From a bacterium (GTDB lineage: Bacteria; Patescibacteriota; Minisyncoccia; Phycocordibacterales; CAIZIN01): DNA of 64,000 nt. Below the pieces are notes generated by a model. The model saw only the letters and a program-made list of their open reading frames with translations. It searched no databases and was not told the origin of the DNA. The DNA lies in the NCBI GenBank assembly GCA_037131675.1, contig JBAXQO010000002.1:15166-79165 (forward strand), written 5' to 3'. Made by a program: the position numbers and the translations under genes. Each line of letters starts with the position of its first letter. Position 1 is the stretch's first letter. Below are positions 49,411 to 60,742 of this stretch, in pieces.

Positions 49411-49581
49411 CGAGCGATAGGCCTTGCTTTAGCTATCATCACTTTAAAACTTCTTGCGCCTGACATATGGCATGCGCTGGAAGGAACCCTCTTGGTGTTC
49501 TTTAATACCTTGCAAAGAACTTTGGCATTTGCGCCAGCAGATATTTTGCAAAGTAACGTAATCAGTGTGCCAAAAATTTAG
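49399..49581 (+). CDS. small membrane protein
   Basis: MGIFRAIGLALAIITLKLLAP hydrophobic N-terminus; terminator AAGGCCGC...GCGGCCTTT at about 49607-49635. Confidence 0.65.
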   Translation: MGIFRAIGLALAIITLKLLAPDIWHALEGTLLVFFNTLQRTLAFAPADILQSNVISVPKI

Positions 49582-49651
49582 CACCCGATAACGTAAACGT
49601 TTTTCTAAGGCCGCTTGCATTCGCATGCGGCCTTTATCATTTGCATTTTAA

Positions 49652-50890
<1,239 letters not shown>

Positions 50891-50947
50891 CTTTTGTGGG
50901 CAAATAAAATAAAACCGCCAGTCTGAAAATTCAGGTTAGCGGTATTT

Positions 50948-51505
50948 CTATGAAGACATCGAGCAGGATGCTGTCGGAATACATAGAGTCACTAGGTCAT
51001 AGTGGGGTTTGGGATAAAGAAGAAAAGTTTGATGAGTGGTCATCGTACAGATTTCAAATCCATGTTCCGTTTCTTTGAGATAGATGTAACAGTATGTACC
51101 CTGGGCAGATTCTTTGAATGTTCCATGAGTGAGAATTATCAATTTTTTCCCAGGGCTTGGTCTTTCTGGTAGGTTTGGTCCGCTTCCGTTTTTAGTTTGG
51201 TGACTAAAGATTGCGTCTACAGACCATAGACAAAGAGGCATAATCTCGCCTTTCGCGGCAACTTCCAAAAGTTTTTCGTGTGCTACACCTGCATTGATTT
51301 GAATTTCGTCGCTTTCGAGAGCGATTGGTCCAAAGCTGAGTTTTGACGGAAGGTTGATTTGATTGAAAGGTAGAGCGTATTCTTCTGAAATTTGAGCTCT
51401 AATTTTCATCATTTCAATCAGATTACGGTCTCTGTTTATGGGCCACCGGTCAAACTCAAGACCGAGAAGCTCTTGATTTGCTGGAGTGGGTTTGAGGATT
51501 TTCAT
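50948..51505 (-). CDS. hypothetical protein
   Basis: 185-aa ORF convergent on tgt, sharing the hairpin at 50911-50947. Confidence 0.65.
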   Translation of the reverse strand: MKILKPTPANQELLGLEFDRWPINRDRNLIEMMKIRAQISEEYALPFNQINLPSKLSFGPIALESDEIQINAGVAHEKLLEVAAKGEIMPLCLWSVDAIFSHQTKNGSGPNLPERPSPGKKLIILTHGTFKESAQGTYCYIYLKETEHGFEICTMTTHQTFLLYPKPHYDLVTLCIPTASCSMSS

Positions 51506-51640
51506 AAGGAGCTGGTTACTGGTGAGGTACTTTAATTCAAAGGTGTGTATCTGTCAAAAAAGAAAAAGCGCACGAGGTGAATCGTGTGCCTTATAACTTT
51601 TACGTTGGTTTGCTCAGTTGGACTTGTTGTTTTTTCTTAC

Positions 51641-52099
51641 TTAGGCTTCAGATACTGATGTTGGTTGGGGTCGAGTAATCAAATCAATGATTTGCTTTGC
51701 AATCTCTTCTGCCTCCGGTCCTTTGTAATCGGCAAATACAAACTTTTCCCGCAGGGCTTCCATATTTGAACCTGTGAGATATGGTTTGTACTTTTCGTCG
51801 AGGTGGTCCCAAAGCATATCGCTGTAAGTATTTCTTGGGTCTGTGAGAAAGTCGATAATAACAAAGGACATATTTTTCATGTCGGATCCTTTTCGAGGAC
51901 CTAAAGTTTTCAGCCAATCTTGTGACCAGTTTTTACACATTTCTGGAAAAATTTCTTTGATTATATTGGCATCGTCCCGCATTTCGCGATAGTCCTGAAC
52001 CCTGCCGGCTCTTTCAGTGAGGAGGGCAAGTAAGTGTTGTTTCAACAAGAAAATAATATTCTCCCGTTCTATCAGTGTTAAGGTCTCTTTATGTTGCAT
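51641..52099 (-). CDS. hypothetical protein (orphan cassette)
   Basis: ATG at 52099 preceded by AAAGGAG; hairpin at about 51564-51594. Confidence 0.65.
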   Translation of the reverse strand: MQHKETLTLIERENIIFLLKQHLLALLTERAGRVQDYREMRDDANIIKEIFPEMCKNWSQDWLKTLGPRKGSDMKNMSFVIIDFLTDPRNTYSDMLWDHLDEKYKPYLTGSNMEALREKFVFADYKGPEAEEIAKQIIDLITRPQPTSVSEA

Positions 52100-52156
52100 T
52101 AAATAACTCCTTTCCGCCCATGACAATACCACTTAAATAAGGTAATATCAAACTGA

Positions 52157-54283
52157 ATGTCAGTTTTCAAACTTAAAAGCGAATACGAGCCAGCGGGCGA
52201 CCAGCCGAAAGCTATTTCGGATCTTGTTTCCAGTATCAAAAAAGGCAGCAGAGACCAAACTCTTTTGGGTGTGACTGGTTCCGGAAAGACATTTACAATG
52301 GCAAATGTGATTTCTAAAATAGGGAAGCCGACACTTGTAATTGCTCACAATAAAACTCTCGCTGCCCAGCTCGCCCAAGAGTATAAAGAATTTTTTCCTG
52401 AAAACGCTGTACACTATTTCGTATCCTACTATGACTACTATCAGCCAGAAGCTTATATGCCAGTCTCTGATACATATATCGAAAAAGAAGCGATGATCAA
52501 TGAGGAAATTGAACGACTTCGCCACGCTTCCACACAAGCGCTTCTCACTCGGAAAGATGTCATTATTGTTGCATCAGTTTCTTGTATTTACGGTCTTGGC
52601 TCTCCAGAGGAGTATGAAAAAGTGAATTTGAAAATTTCTGTAGGTGACAAATTTGGCCGAATGGATTTGCTTGAAAAACTTATTGATATTCATTTCGAGC
52701 GCACGAATGCGGACTTGAAGTCTGGACAACTTCGTGCTGTGGGAAACACAGTTGAAGTGATGCCTGTGTCTGAGCAATACATAATCCGTTTCAGTTTTGA
52801 TGGAAATGAAGTCGCTTCAATTTCAAAAATCGACGCTGTGACGCGCAGAATTATCTCTGAAGAAAAATCTACTTTTATTTTCCCTGCAAAACATTTCATT
52901 ACAGACGAAGCTCAGCAAAAGAAAGCATTTGAAAGTATTAAAAAAGAGCTTGACCACAGATTGAAAGAACTTGAAAAAGAAGGGAAAGTTTTAGAAGTTG
53001 AAAGACTAAAACGACGCACAACATACGACCTTGCACTCATTCGCGAAGTTGGCTACTGCAACGGTATTGAAAACTACTCACGACATTTTTCTGGGAAAAA
53101 AGCTGGCGAGGCGCCAGATACACTACTTTCATATTTTTCACGAAAAGCTGATGGTTCGGCAGATTTTCTCACTATTATTGATGAGTCACATGTAACAGTT
53201 CCGCAAATTGGTGGAATGTTTGCTGGTGATCAGTCTCGAAAACAAACTCTTGTTGAATATGGTTTTCGCTTACCTTCAGCAAAAGATAACCGTCCACTCA
53301 AATTTGATGAATTTGAAAAAAGAGTCGGGCAAGTTATATACACATCTGCAACTCCTGGAAAATATGAACTTGAAAAATCTGGAAAACCAGTGGAGATGGT
53401 AATCCGCCCCACTGGACTTCTAGACCCGATTGTTGAAGTGAAACCAATAGTTGAGAAAGGAAAATACAAAGGGCAAGTTTTTGATTTTATTGATGAAGCT
53501 GCTGCAGTGGTAAAAAAAGGTGACCGAGTGATAGCCACGACACTTACAAAAAAAATGGCAGAAGATTTAAGTGAATATCTTTCGGAAAAAGGACTTGCAT
53601 CAAAATATCTGCATAGTGATATTAAAACTATTGAACGAATCGAGCTTCTCTCGGCTTTTCGTCGAGGTGAATTTGATTGTCTTGTTGGGGTAAACTTGCT
53701 TCGAGAAGGTTTAGACCTGCCAGAAGTTTCTTTGATTGGAATTTTAGATGCCGACAAAGAAGGTTTTCTCCGTTCTGAAACATCTCTCATTCAGACTATT
53801 GGTCGTGCTGCTCGAAATGCGGCAGGGCGAGTGGTTTTGTACGCGGATAATATGACAGGCTCCATGACTCGAGCGATTTCTGAAACGCAACGTCGTAGAA
53901 CACTTCAAGAAAAATACAATACAGAACACGGCATTACTCCAAAAACGATTATCAAAAAAATCCACGATATTACAAGTCAACTTCAAAATGATCACAAGAA
54001 AGCTGTGTCAGCACTGCTCTCCATAGATGAAATTCTTTTACAAAAAGATCCGAAGAAACTTTTAGATGAAAAAGAAGAGCAAATGGGCCAGGCTGTGCAA
54101 GATCTAGATTTTGAAACAGCTGCAATTTTGCGTGATGAGATAATTGAAATTAAAGAAAAGATAGGAAAGAAAATGGGCGATATGACACAGCTCGACAGAA
54201 AGCTCGCAGCAAAATTTGATAAAGAATTTTTGAATGAGTTTCCAAAAGAAAAAAAGAAAGGAACACGAAAGAAAAAGAATTAA
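52157..54283 (+). CDS. uvrB: excinuclease ABC subunit B
   Basis: GVTGSGKT, HNKTLAAQL, YYDYYQPEAY, DESH, LLREGLD, QTIGRAARN, C-terminal UVR motif. Confidence 0.98.
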   Translation: MSVFKLKSEYEPAGDQPKAISDLVSSIKKGSRDQTLLGVTGSGKTFTMANVISKIGKPTLVIAHNKTLAAQLAQEYKEFFPENAVHYFVSYYDYYQPEAYMPVSDTYIEKEAMINEEIERLRHASTQALLTRKDVIIVASVSCIYGLGSPEEYEKVNLKISVGDKFGRMDLLEKLIDIHFERTNADLKSGQLRAVGNTVEVMPVSEQYIIRFSFDGNEVASISKIDAVTRRIISEEKSTFIFPAKHFITDEAQQKKAFESIKKELDHRLKELEKEGKVLEVERLKRRTTYDLALIREVGYCNGIENYSRHFSGKKAGEAPDTLLSYFSRKADGSADFLTIIDESHVTVPQIGGMFAGDQSRKQTLVEYGFRLPSAKDNRPLKFDEFEKRVGQVIYTSATPGKYELEKSGKPVEMVIRPTGLLDPIVEVKPIVEKGKYKGQVFDFIDEAAAVVKKGDRVIATTLTKKMAEDLSEYLSEKGLASKYLHSDIKTIERIELLSAFRRGEFDCLVGVNLLREGLDLPEVSLIGILDADKEGFLRSETSLIQTIGRAARNAAGRVVLYADNMTGSMTRAISETQRRRTLQEKYNTEHGITPKTIIKKIHDITSQLQNDHKKAVSALLSIDEILLQKDPKKLLDEKEEQMGQAVQDLDFETAAILRDEIIEIKEKIGKKMGDMTQLDRKLAAKFDKEFLNEFPKEKKKGTRKKKN

Positions 54284-54313
54284 AAAACCGCTCACAAAAT
54301 CGAGCGGTTTTTC
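54283..54313. terminator. bidirectional terminator after uvrB
   Basis: AAAAACCGCTC-acaaaatc-GAGCGGTTTTT. Confidence 0.8.
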
Positions 54314-54325
54314 TTTTCAAACTTT

Positions 54326-54682
54326 TTATCTTTGAACTGTGGAAACTAAATTAGAGAACAGAGAGATGATGTTCGCCACGTTATCCAATACCTGGTTAAG
54401 CGCCACTTGTTCTTGTTGTGCTTGTGCTTGCCCAAGAAGTGTTTGGTCTCGCAAAATCTGATTTTGTTTATTTGCTATTGCGATACTCAACTGATTGAGA
54501 GTCTGTAGCAGTTGTGGAGCTATGGCTTTAATATCAGCAATTGTAATCATTTGACTCGTTGTGCCCGATTGAGTTGTTACAGTTTGGGTTGTTGTGGATG
54601 TTTGATATGTTTGGGCATGTATTGGACTCATTGGGGCGATTAAAAACAAAGCTAAAATAACAAAAGATAATGTCTTTTTCAT
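54326..54682 (-). CDS. small exported Thr/Gln-rich protein
   Basis: MKK signal peptide with IHA cleavage site; helical Gln-rich body. Confidence 0.7.
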   Translation of the reverse strand: MKKTLSFVILALFLIAPMSPIHAQTYQTSTTTQTVTTQSGTTSQMITIADIKAIAPQLLQTLNQLSIAIANKQNQILRDQTLLGQAQAQQEQVALNQVLDNVANIISLFSNLVSTVQR

Positions 54683-54868
54683 AATTATGTAGAATTATAG
54701 TTATTAAAGAACTCTTTTTACGAAAGAGTTGTGTTTGTAAAAATAGACAAGTCGGCCTGGTGACTTTCCTCTCCATTCTACCTCTTTTAAAAATAAAGCA
54801 AAGTAAAACCCCAAGCCGAATTGCTTGGGGTAGGAGTTGAACGCATATCTCCTGAAAGCGGGTTTTTA

Positions 54869-55504
54869 TTAACTTGTGAGGACGGCAGATGGGTCGTAGA
54901 ATGTCCACTCACTGTCGAGCCAATTGCAACGCCAATTCCACACCTCAGCAGAACAAATCCAGCATGCTGATAGAATGAAACGATTGTTACGTATCTTAAA
55001 GATCGTGCCGTCGAAGTAGATATGGGTTACTTTGCCTCTCGTCTTCTTTTTCCAACTTTCTGGAATTAGGTTTTTGTTCTTCCAAAGAGTCTGGAAAACT
55101 TTGGCGTCGAGGCGGATATTATTTGCTTCTTTGAGACGCTTCAGTTTTTCTTCGCCACCCACAACGTTCTCTCCGTCCTTGAGCATTGTCTCGAGGTGGA
55201 CATTAGTGAGGTCAATTTCGGTGAGGGCGAGACTGCGTTCGTCCTCCTCTTCGATGGTCCAGCCGTCGCCAAGGAATTTCAGGTCAAAAGGTGTAGTTCG
55301 GTCAATTGTGATGATTTTGGATTCTCCGACAATTACTCGACCGCCGTTCTTGAGGAAAGCAGTGAACTGAGCACCGGCTTCCTTTGGATGCTGAAGCGCC
55401 CACTCAACTGTTGAGTCGGGAACTTTGCTGAGGTCGACGTTGTTGTTCAGAACTCCCATAAGCCGTAAAGCTCTGTTGGGGTCTGTGATTGGCTTACTAT
55501 TCAT
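54869..55504 (-). CDS. hypothetical protein with Trp-rich C-terminus resembling a DGR variable region (C-type lectin-like)
   Basis: Ends YFDGT...WNWRCNWLDSEWTFYDPSAVLTS; AAAGG SD; long structured leader. Confidence 0.75.
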   Translation of the reverse strand: MNSKPITDPNRALRLMGVLNNNVDLSKVPDSTVEWALQHPKEAGAQFTAFLKNGGRVIVGESKIITIDRTTPFDLKFLGDGWTIEEEDERSLALTEIDLTNVHLETMLKDGENVVGGEEKLKRLKEANNIRLDAKVFQTLWKNKNLIPESWKKKTRGKVTHIYFDGTIFKIRNNRFILSACWICSAEVWNWRCNWLDSEWTFYDPSAVLTS

Positions 55505-55771
55505 GAGCTTACCTTTCTTTTTAAGTTACGCTGACCATTTCTTTCACGGATTGCGAAAGCTATAGCTGACGTTCTGTGGTATTTACCGCATAACACAAAG
55601 GTCATAAAACCTCTCTGTTATGCGGTAAATCTTGCAAGTTGGAATGTAAAAGAACTTGTTTCATATTTTTACTATTATTAAGCGCTCATGTCAAGTATCA
55701 GAAACGGCGGATTTAGGATAGTATTTGACTACATATACCCCTAGTGAGCAAGAGAGGGGGATTTGATGCGT

Positions 55772-55963
55772 ATGAAAAAAGAAAACCCCAAAGGCGAAAT
55801 AAGTGTTGAAAAACTTAGTCATTTCAGGTGCTGTCTTTGCGGTAAGTGGTGGAGCATAGGAGATGCTCTAAAACGAAAAGAATGGCATTGCCCACGGTGC
55901 GGAGAGAAGCAAGAGTTCTCAACTGAAAGTAAACCAAAATTTAAATATGAAACCAGAAAATAA
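55772..55963 (+). CDS. small zinc-ribbon protein overlapping uvrA start
   Basis: [15 protein letters not shown]...WHCPRCG. Confidence 0.7.
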   Translation: MKKENPKGEISVEKLSHFRCCLCGKWWSIGDALKRKEWHCPRCGEKQEFSTESKPKFKYETRK

Positions 55964-58538
55964 AAAAGAATCGGATAAAATAATAGTGAAAGGCGCTCGC
56001 ACCCACAACCTGAAAAATATCACCGTGGAGATGCCTCGCAACAAGATGGTGGCTATCACGGGACTTTCAGGAAGTGGAAAGTCATCACTCGCATTCGATA
56101 CTATTTTCGCTGAAGGTCAGCGACGATATGTTGAATCTCTTTCCGCATATGCACGACAATTTTTGAATACGATGCAAAAGCCAGATGTGGATGAAATCGT
56201 TGGTCTTTCACCCGCAATCTCTATCGACCAAAAATCTCGCTCAAACAACCCTCGTTCAACTGTGGCAACTATCACAGAAATCTACGACTATATGCGTATT
56301 CTTTTTGCACGTATCGGAAAGCCTCACTGTCTTGAATGTGGACGCGAAATCAAGAGGCTTTCACAAGAAGAAATTATGGATACTATCATGACGACGGTGA
56401 AGTCTATCGATACAAAGTCTGCTGAGAAAAAAGTGATGGGTGTGGAAATTAATGACCTGAAAGTAGGTCTCTATGCTCCGCTTGTAGTGGGCAGAAAAGG
56501 CGAGTACTATCAGCTTCTTTATGATCTGCTTAGTAAAGGTTTTGAGCGTGTACTTGTCGATGGAGAAGAGAAAAAACTTCGCGAACAAATCATTCTTTCT
56601 AAAACAAAAAAACATGACATTGACGTGCTTGTGGATGAATTCTATCTTTCTGACATCAAACAAAACAAACCCGGTATGAAAGAGCGTTTGAGCGAAGCTG
56701 TGGAGCGAGCTCTTGCCGAGTCCGAGGGTTTGCTCAAGGTGGTAACTCCTCATGAAACAAAACTCATCTCTTCAAAATTCATGTGTCCATACGATGGTTT
56801 TTCATATCCTGAAATCGAGCCGCGACTTTTCTCTTTCAACTCCCCATACGGAGCTTGTCCTGAATGTAACGGCCTCGGCACACGACATTTTTTTGGTAAC
56901 GAAGAATGTAAAAAATGTCATGGTGCGCGACTTCGCGAAGAAGCATTGCATGTATTTTTGGGTGAAAATAAAACAAATATCGTGGGGCTTACGGCGATGT
57001 CCATTTTTGATGCAAAAACTTTTTTCACCCACTTGAAACTTTCTCCTCAAGAAAAAGAAATTTCAAAAGTGATCGTGAAAGAAATCATGAACCGACTAGA
57101 TTTTATGATCAACGTTGGCATCGACTATTTGTCGCTCGACCGTCGTGCACACACGCTTTCTGGCGGTGAGGCACAACGTATCCGCCTGGCGTCACAGCTC
57201 GGCTCAGGACTTGTGGGAGCTCTCTATGTACTCGATGAACCAACCATCGGTCTTCATCAGCGCGACAATGACCGATTGATTGAAACTCTTATAAACCTCC
57301 GTGATATGGGGAATACCATTATCGTTGTTGAACATGATGAGGATACGATTTTCGCGTCTGACTACATTATCGATATTGGTCCTGGCGCTGGCGTACATGG
57401 TGGAAATGTGGTGGCTTCAGGATACCTCGACGAACTTCTCACTGCAAAAACAAACAAAACAAAATCACTGACACTCGACTATTTGCGTGGTGATGTGAAA
57501 ATCGAAATTCCTCACGAAAGACGAAATCAAGATAAAGGAAAAATACAAGTGCGCGGTGGAAATGTATTCAATATTAAAAATATGAATATTGATGTTCCAC
57601 TTGGAAAATTTGTTTGTGTGACAGGTGTGTCCGGCTCAGGAAAATCATCTTTCGTATATGAAATTTTGCATAAAAACTTGCAAGCTCGATTTGAAAAAAG
57701 ATACAGAAGTGCGGAGACATTCAACTGCGCTTCGTTTACTGGTACAGAATATGTGGGGCGAACAATCTTGATTGACCAAAGTCCTATCGGCCGAACACCT
57801 CGCTCAAACCCGGCAACATATACCGGTGCGTGGACATTTGTGCGTGATTTGTTTGCTTCTACTTCGGAAGCTCGCGTGCGTGGCTGGGGAGCAAACCGTT
57901 TTTCTTTCAACGTGAAAGGTGGGCGATGTGAAGCATGTCAAGGAAATGGAAGTATTGAAGTGGAAATGCACTTTTTGCCGACAGTGTATGTGACATGTGA
58001 TGTCTGTCAAGGCAAGCGCTTTATGAAAGAAACACTCGAAGTAAAATACAAAAAGAAAAACATTTATGATGTTCTTCAAATGACCGTGGAAGAAGCTCTT
58101 ACATTTTTTGAAGATATTCCGGCAATTCACGATAGACTCAACACACTCAATGAAGTGGGGCTTGGATACCTACAGCTCGGACAGTCTGCAACAACACTTT
58201 CCGGCGGAGAAGCACAACGTGTGAAAATTTCTTCAGAACTATACCGACCTCATTTGCAGAAAACTATTTATCTTTTGGATGAGCCGACAATCGGACTTCA
58301 CTACGAAGACGTACGAAAGCTTATTGAAATTTTGCAGAAACTGGTGGACAAAGGAAATACAGTACTTGTGATTGAACACAATATGGATCTCATTAAATCT
58401 GCCGACTATATGATCGACATTGGTCCAGAAGGAGGTGTAAAAGGAGGAGAAATTGTTGCGAAGGGTACACCTGAGGACGTAGCGAATAATGCGAAGAGTT
58501 ACACGGGTAAGTATCTTAAAAAAGTTTTGAAGAAGTAG
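55947..58538 (+). CDS. uvrA: excinuclease ABC subunit A (insertion domain absent)
   Basis: [20 protein letters not shown], two LSGGEAQR signatures, GVSGSGKS, zinc-finger cysteines. Confidence 0.98.
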   Translation: MKPENKKESDKIIVKGARTHNLKNITVEMPRNKMVAITGLSGSGKSSLAFDTIFAEGQRRYVESLSAYARQFLNTMQKPDVDEIVGLSPAISIDQKSRSNNPRSTVATITEIYDYMRILFARIGKPHCLECGREIKRLSQEEIMDTIMTTVKSIDTKSAEKKVMGVEINDLKVGLYAPLVVGRKGEYYQLLYDLLSKGFERVLVDGEEKKLREQIILSKTKKHDIDVLVDEFYLSDIKQNKPGMKERLSEAVERALAESEGLLKVVTPHETKLISSKFMCPYDGFSYPEIEPRLFSFNSPYGACPECNGLGTRHFFGNEECKKCHGARLREEALHVFLGENKTNIVGLTAMSIFDAKTFFTHLKLSPQEKEISKVIVKEIMNRLDFMINVGIDYLSLDRRAHTLSGGEAQRIRLASQLGSGLVGALYVLDEPTIGLHQRDNDRLIETLINLRDMGNTIIVVEHDEDTIFASDYIIDIGPGAGVHGGNVVASGYLDELLTAKTNKTKSLTLDYLRGDVKIEIPHERRNQDKGKIQVRGGNVFNIKNMNIDVPLGKFVCVTGVSGSGKSSFVYEILHKNLQARFEKRYRSAETFNCASFTGTEYVGRTILIDQSPIGRTPRSNPATYTGAWTFVRDLFASTSEARVRGWGANRFSFNVKGGRCEACQGNGSIEVEMHFLPTVYVTCDVCQGKRFMKETLEVKYKKKNIYDVLQMTVEEALTFFEDIPAIHDRLNTLNEVGLGYLQLGQSATTLSGGEAQRVKISSELYRPHLQKTIYLLDEPTIGLHYEDVRKLIEILQKLVDKGNTVLVIEHNMDLIKSADYMIDIGPEGGVKGGEIVAKGTPEDVANNAKSYTGKYLKKVLKK

Positions 58539-58547
58539 TGTAAGAAA

Positions 58548-58572
58548 AAAGTCGGAAGATTATTCCGACTTT
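58548..58572. terminator. bidirectional terminator after uvrA
   Basis: AAAGTCGGAA-gatta-TTCCGACTTT. Confidence 0.75.
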
Positions 58573-58576
58573 GGAG

Positions 58577-58783
58577 CTATTGCAAACCAACCTCTTCTTG
58601 TTCTTGGTTGGGGATTTCTTGGGAGATCGGTACGAAGAACTCGAAAGGTCTTTCAAAGCTCTTGTGACACTTGTCACACTCACATTCATTTATTCCTGGC
58701 TCAATACGACGAGTATAGGTGCCAGTAGAACTGCATTTCGGGCACTTCATCCCAAACGGGACTATACAAGGTATTACCGTCAT
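58577..58783 (-). CDS. small zinc-ribbon protein
   Basis: CPKC...CDKC; ends exactly at the uvrA terminator. Confidence 0.5.
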   Translation of the reverse strand: MTVIPCIVPFGMKCPKCSSTGTYTRRIEPGINECECDKCHKSFERPFEFFVPISQEIPNQEQEEVGLQ

Positions 58784-58822
58784 GGTTTTTGTCTTTCCTG
58801 CGTGCTAATCTATAATAAAAAA

Positions 58823-60037
58823 ATGCAAAGTCAAGACCTTACAAAAACAAATCTTCCTGAAACTCCTGGCGTATATCTTTTCAAACAAGGAAAGAGTGTT
58901 TTGTATGTGGGAAAGGCGACATCGCTCAAAGACCGTGTGAAAAGCTATTTTTCTAGAGATCTCATTGCAGCCCGCGGACCGCTTCTTGTCGACATGGTGT
59001 TCAAAGCCGACAGAGTGGAATATGAACAGACAGACTCTGTGCTCGAAGCTCTCATTCTCGAAGCTCATCTCATCAAGAAACTCCAGCCCAAATACAACAC
59101 AAAAGAAAAAGATAACAAAAGCTATAACTATGTTGTTGTTACGAAAGAAGATTTCCCAAAAATACTTATAGAACGCGGGAAAAATATTGATTTCAAAAAC
59201 TGCATTGCTGGGGAATTTTCTCTTCAAACTATCTATGGTCCGTTTCCACATGGGGCGATTCTTAAAGAAGCTCTTAAAATAGTTCGAAAAATATTTCCTT
59301 TTATAGACAGGCAATCTTCAAAAAAAGACAACTACCATTTTTATCGCCAACTCGGTCTCACACCAGATATTTCAAATGGTGATGCAAAAAAAGAATACGC
59401 AAAAACCATTCGCCATATCAAACTATTTTTCGAGGGTAAAAAGAAAGAGCTTGTAAAAACACTGGAAAAAGAAATGCACGCATATGCAAAAAAACAAGAA
59501 TTCGAAAAGGCGAATGAAGTGAAAAAAACGCTTTACGCACTCAATCATATTCGCGACGTGTCTCTCTTGAAACGTGACATGACAGATGTGGGCAAAGCCC
59601 TCCGTATTGAAGCCTATGACGTAGCTCACTTGAGTGGTACCAACATGGTAGGGGTGATGACTGTGGTGGAGGATGGCGTGCCAGAAAAAGCCGAGTACAG
59701 AAAATTTAAAATCAAAACCATGACAGGTGCCAATGATCCAGGTGCTCTCAAAGAAATGTTTTTGCGAAGACTCGGACATACCGAATGGCAGTACCCTTCG
59801 CTTATTGTAGTGGATGGTAACGAAATTCAGCTCAATGTGGTGGAACAGTCTCTCGCTTCACTCAAGCTTTCCATTCCTGTTGTAGCAGTAGTTAAAAACG
59901 AGAAACATAAAGCAGAAAAAATATTAGGTGACAAAAATCTCATTCTTTCATATCGTGACCAAATACTTCTAGCAAATGCCGAAGCTCACCGTTTTGCTAT
60001 TGCGTTTCATAGACAAAAAAGAGGGAAAATTAAATAA
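58823..60037 (+). CDS. uvrC: excinuclease ABC subunit C, short form
   Basis: GIY-YIG (PGVYLF..LYVGKA), UVR motif, RNase H-like IEAYDVAH / VDG / EAHRFA; ATG 58823 after TATAAT. Confidence 0.92.
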   Translation: MQSQDLTKTNLPETPGVYLFKQGKSVLYVGKATSLKDRVKSYFSRDLIAARGPLLVDMVFKADRVEYEQTDSVLEALILEAHLIKKLQPKYNTKEKDNKSYNYVVVTKEDFPKILIERGKNIDFKNCIAGEFSLQTIYGPFPHGAILKEALKIVRKIFPFIDRQSSKKDNYHFYRQLGLTPDISNGDAKKEYAKTIRHIKLFFEGKKKELVKTLEKEMHAYAKKQEFEKANEVKKTLYALNHIRDVSLLKRDMTDVGKALRIEAYDVAHLSGTNMVGVMTVVEDGVPEKAEYRKFKIKTMTGANDPGALKEMFLRRLGHTEWQYPSLIVVDGNEIQLNVVEQSLASLKLSIPVVAVVKNEKHKAEKILGDKNLILSYRDQILLANAEAHRFAIAFHRQKRGKIK

Positions 60038-60130
60038 AAATAATCCAATTCCAATTATTTTTTTATTTACAAATTTAGAAAATATTGTAATATCAAAACC
60101 TGAAAAAGTACCAACAACAAGGAGGATAAA

Positions 60131-60628
60131 ATGAGAAAGTTATTTACCCGTTTAAGTCGGAAACTGAGTTTGATTCTGGCGTACAAACATAAAGCAAAGT
60201 GCGGTCACGAAACAAAGCTTATTGGATATACATCCGATGGTTTGTGGATGGAAATGCCTTTAAATAAAGATGGAGTGCCTGATTATTGCCTCGCATGTCT
60301 CGAAAAGCATTCCATACCATGCCCTTGCTGTGGAGAAAATATCCACGTTGGGGAGCAGATAGCTCTCGGCATCGGAGAGTCCATGCACCAGAAACAACGC
60401 GACAGATCAAGACCTATCACCGTGGTCAACTTCGAGAATAAAGTTGATGGGATATATCCTGTTTGCATGAATTGCAGCGATGTATTTAACCTTTCAGCCT
60501 GGCTTCATCCGGATGCTACAGCTGTACATTTCGGTTCTCTCATGGAGAGAGTTATCTCTTCGAAAGGTGCGGTGGTTTGCTATGATACGAGCCGTATTGC
60601 TCAAAGTTCAAGGGCGGTTACTTTCTGA
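60131..60628 (+). CDS. Cys-rich hypothetical protein (orphan cassette)
   Basis: CGH, CLAC, CPCC, CMNC; AAGGAGG SD; terminator at about 60646-60676. Confidence 0.75.
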   Translation: MRKLFTRLSRKLSLILAYKHKAKCGHETKLIGYTSDGLWMEMPLNKDGVPDYCLACLEKHSIPCPCCGENIHVGEQIALGIGESMHQKQRDRSRPITVVNFENKVDGIYPVCMNCSDVFNLSAWLHPDATAVHFGSLMERVISSKGAVVCYDTSRIAQSSRAVTF

Positions 60629-60742
60629 AGAATTCTCAAAATGCTAAGACTGCACAATTTCATGTGTAGTCTTTTTCTTTTCATTTATTCACCAAAGTTG
60701 TAAGATTGAATCTGTTATTTATTAATCATATTTTACACAAAA

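Noticed and set aside
55734-55760. TATACCCC half-site like the CsoR operator
   Set aside because: Second half of the palindrome is missing
58571-58822. 84-aa N-terminal extension of UvrC in the ORF track
   Set aside because: Starts inside the uvrA terminator, overlaps an antisense zinc-ribbon ORF, and ATG 58823 follows a TATAAT box and precedes the GIY-YIG motif
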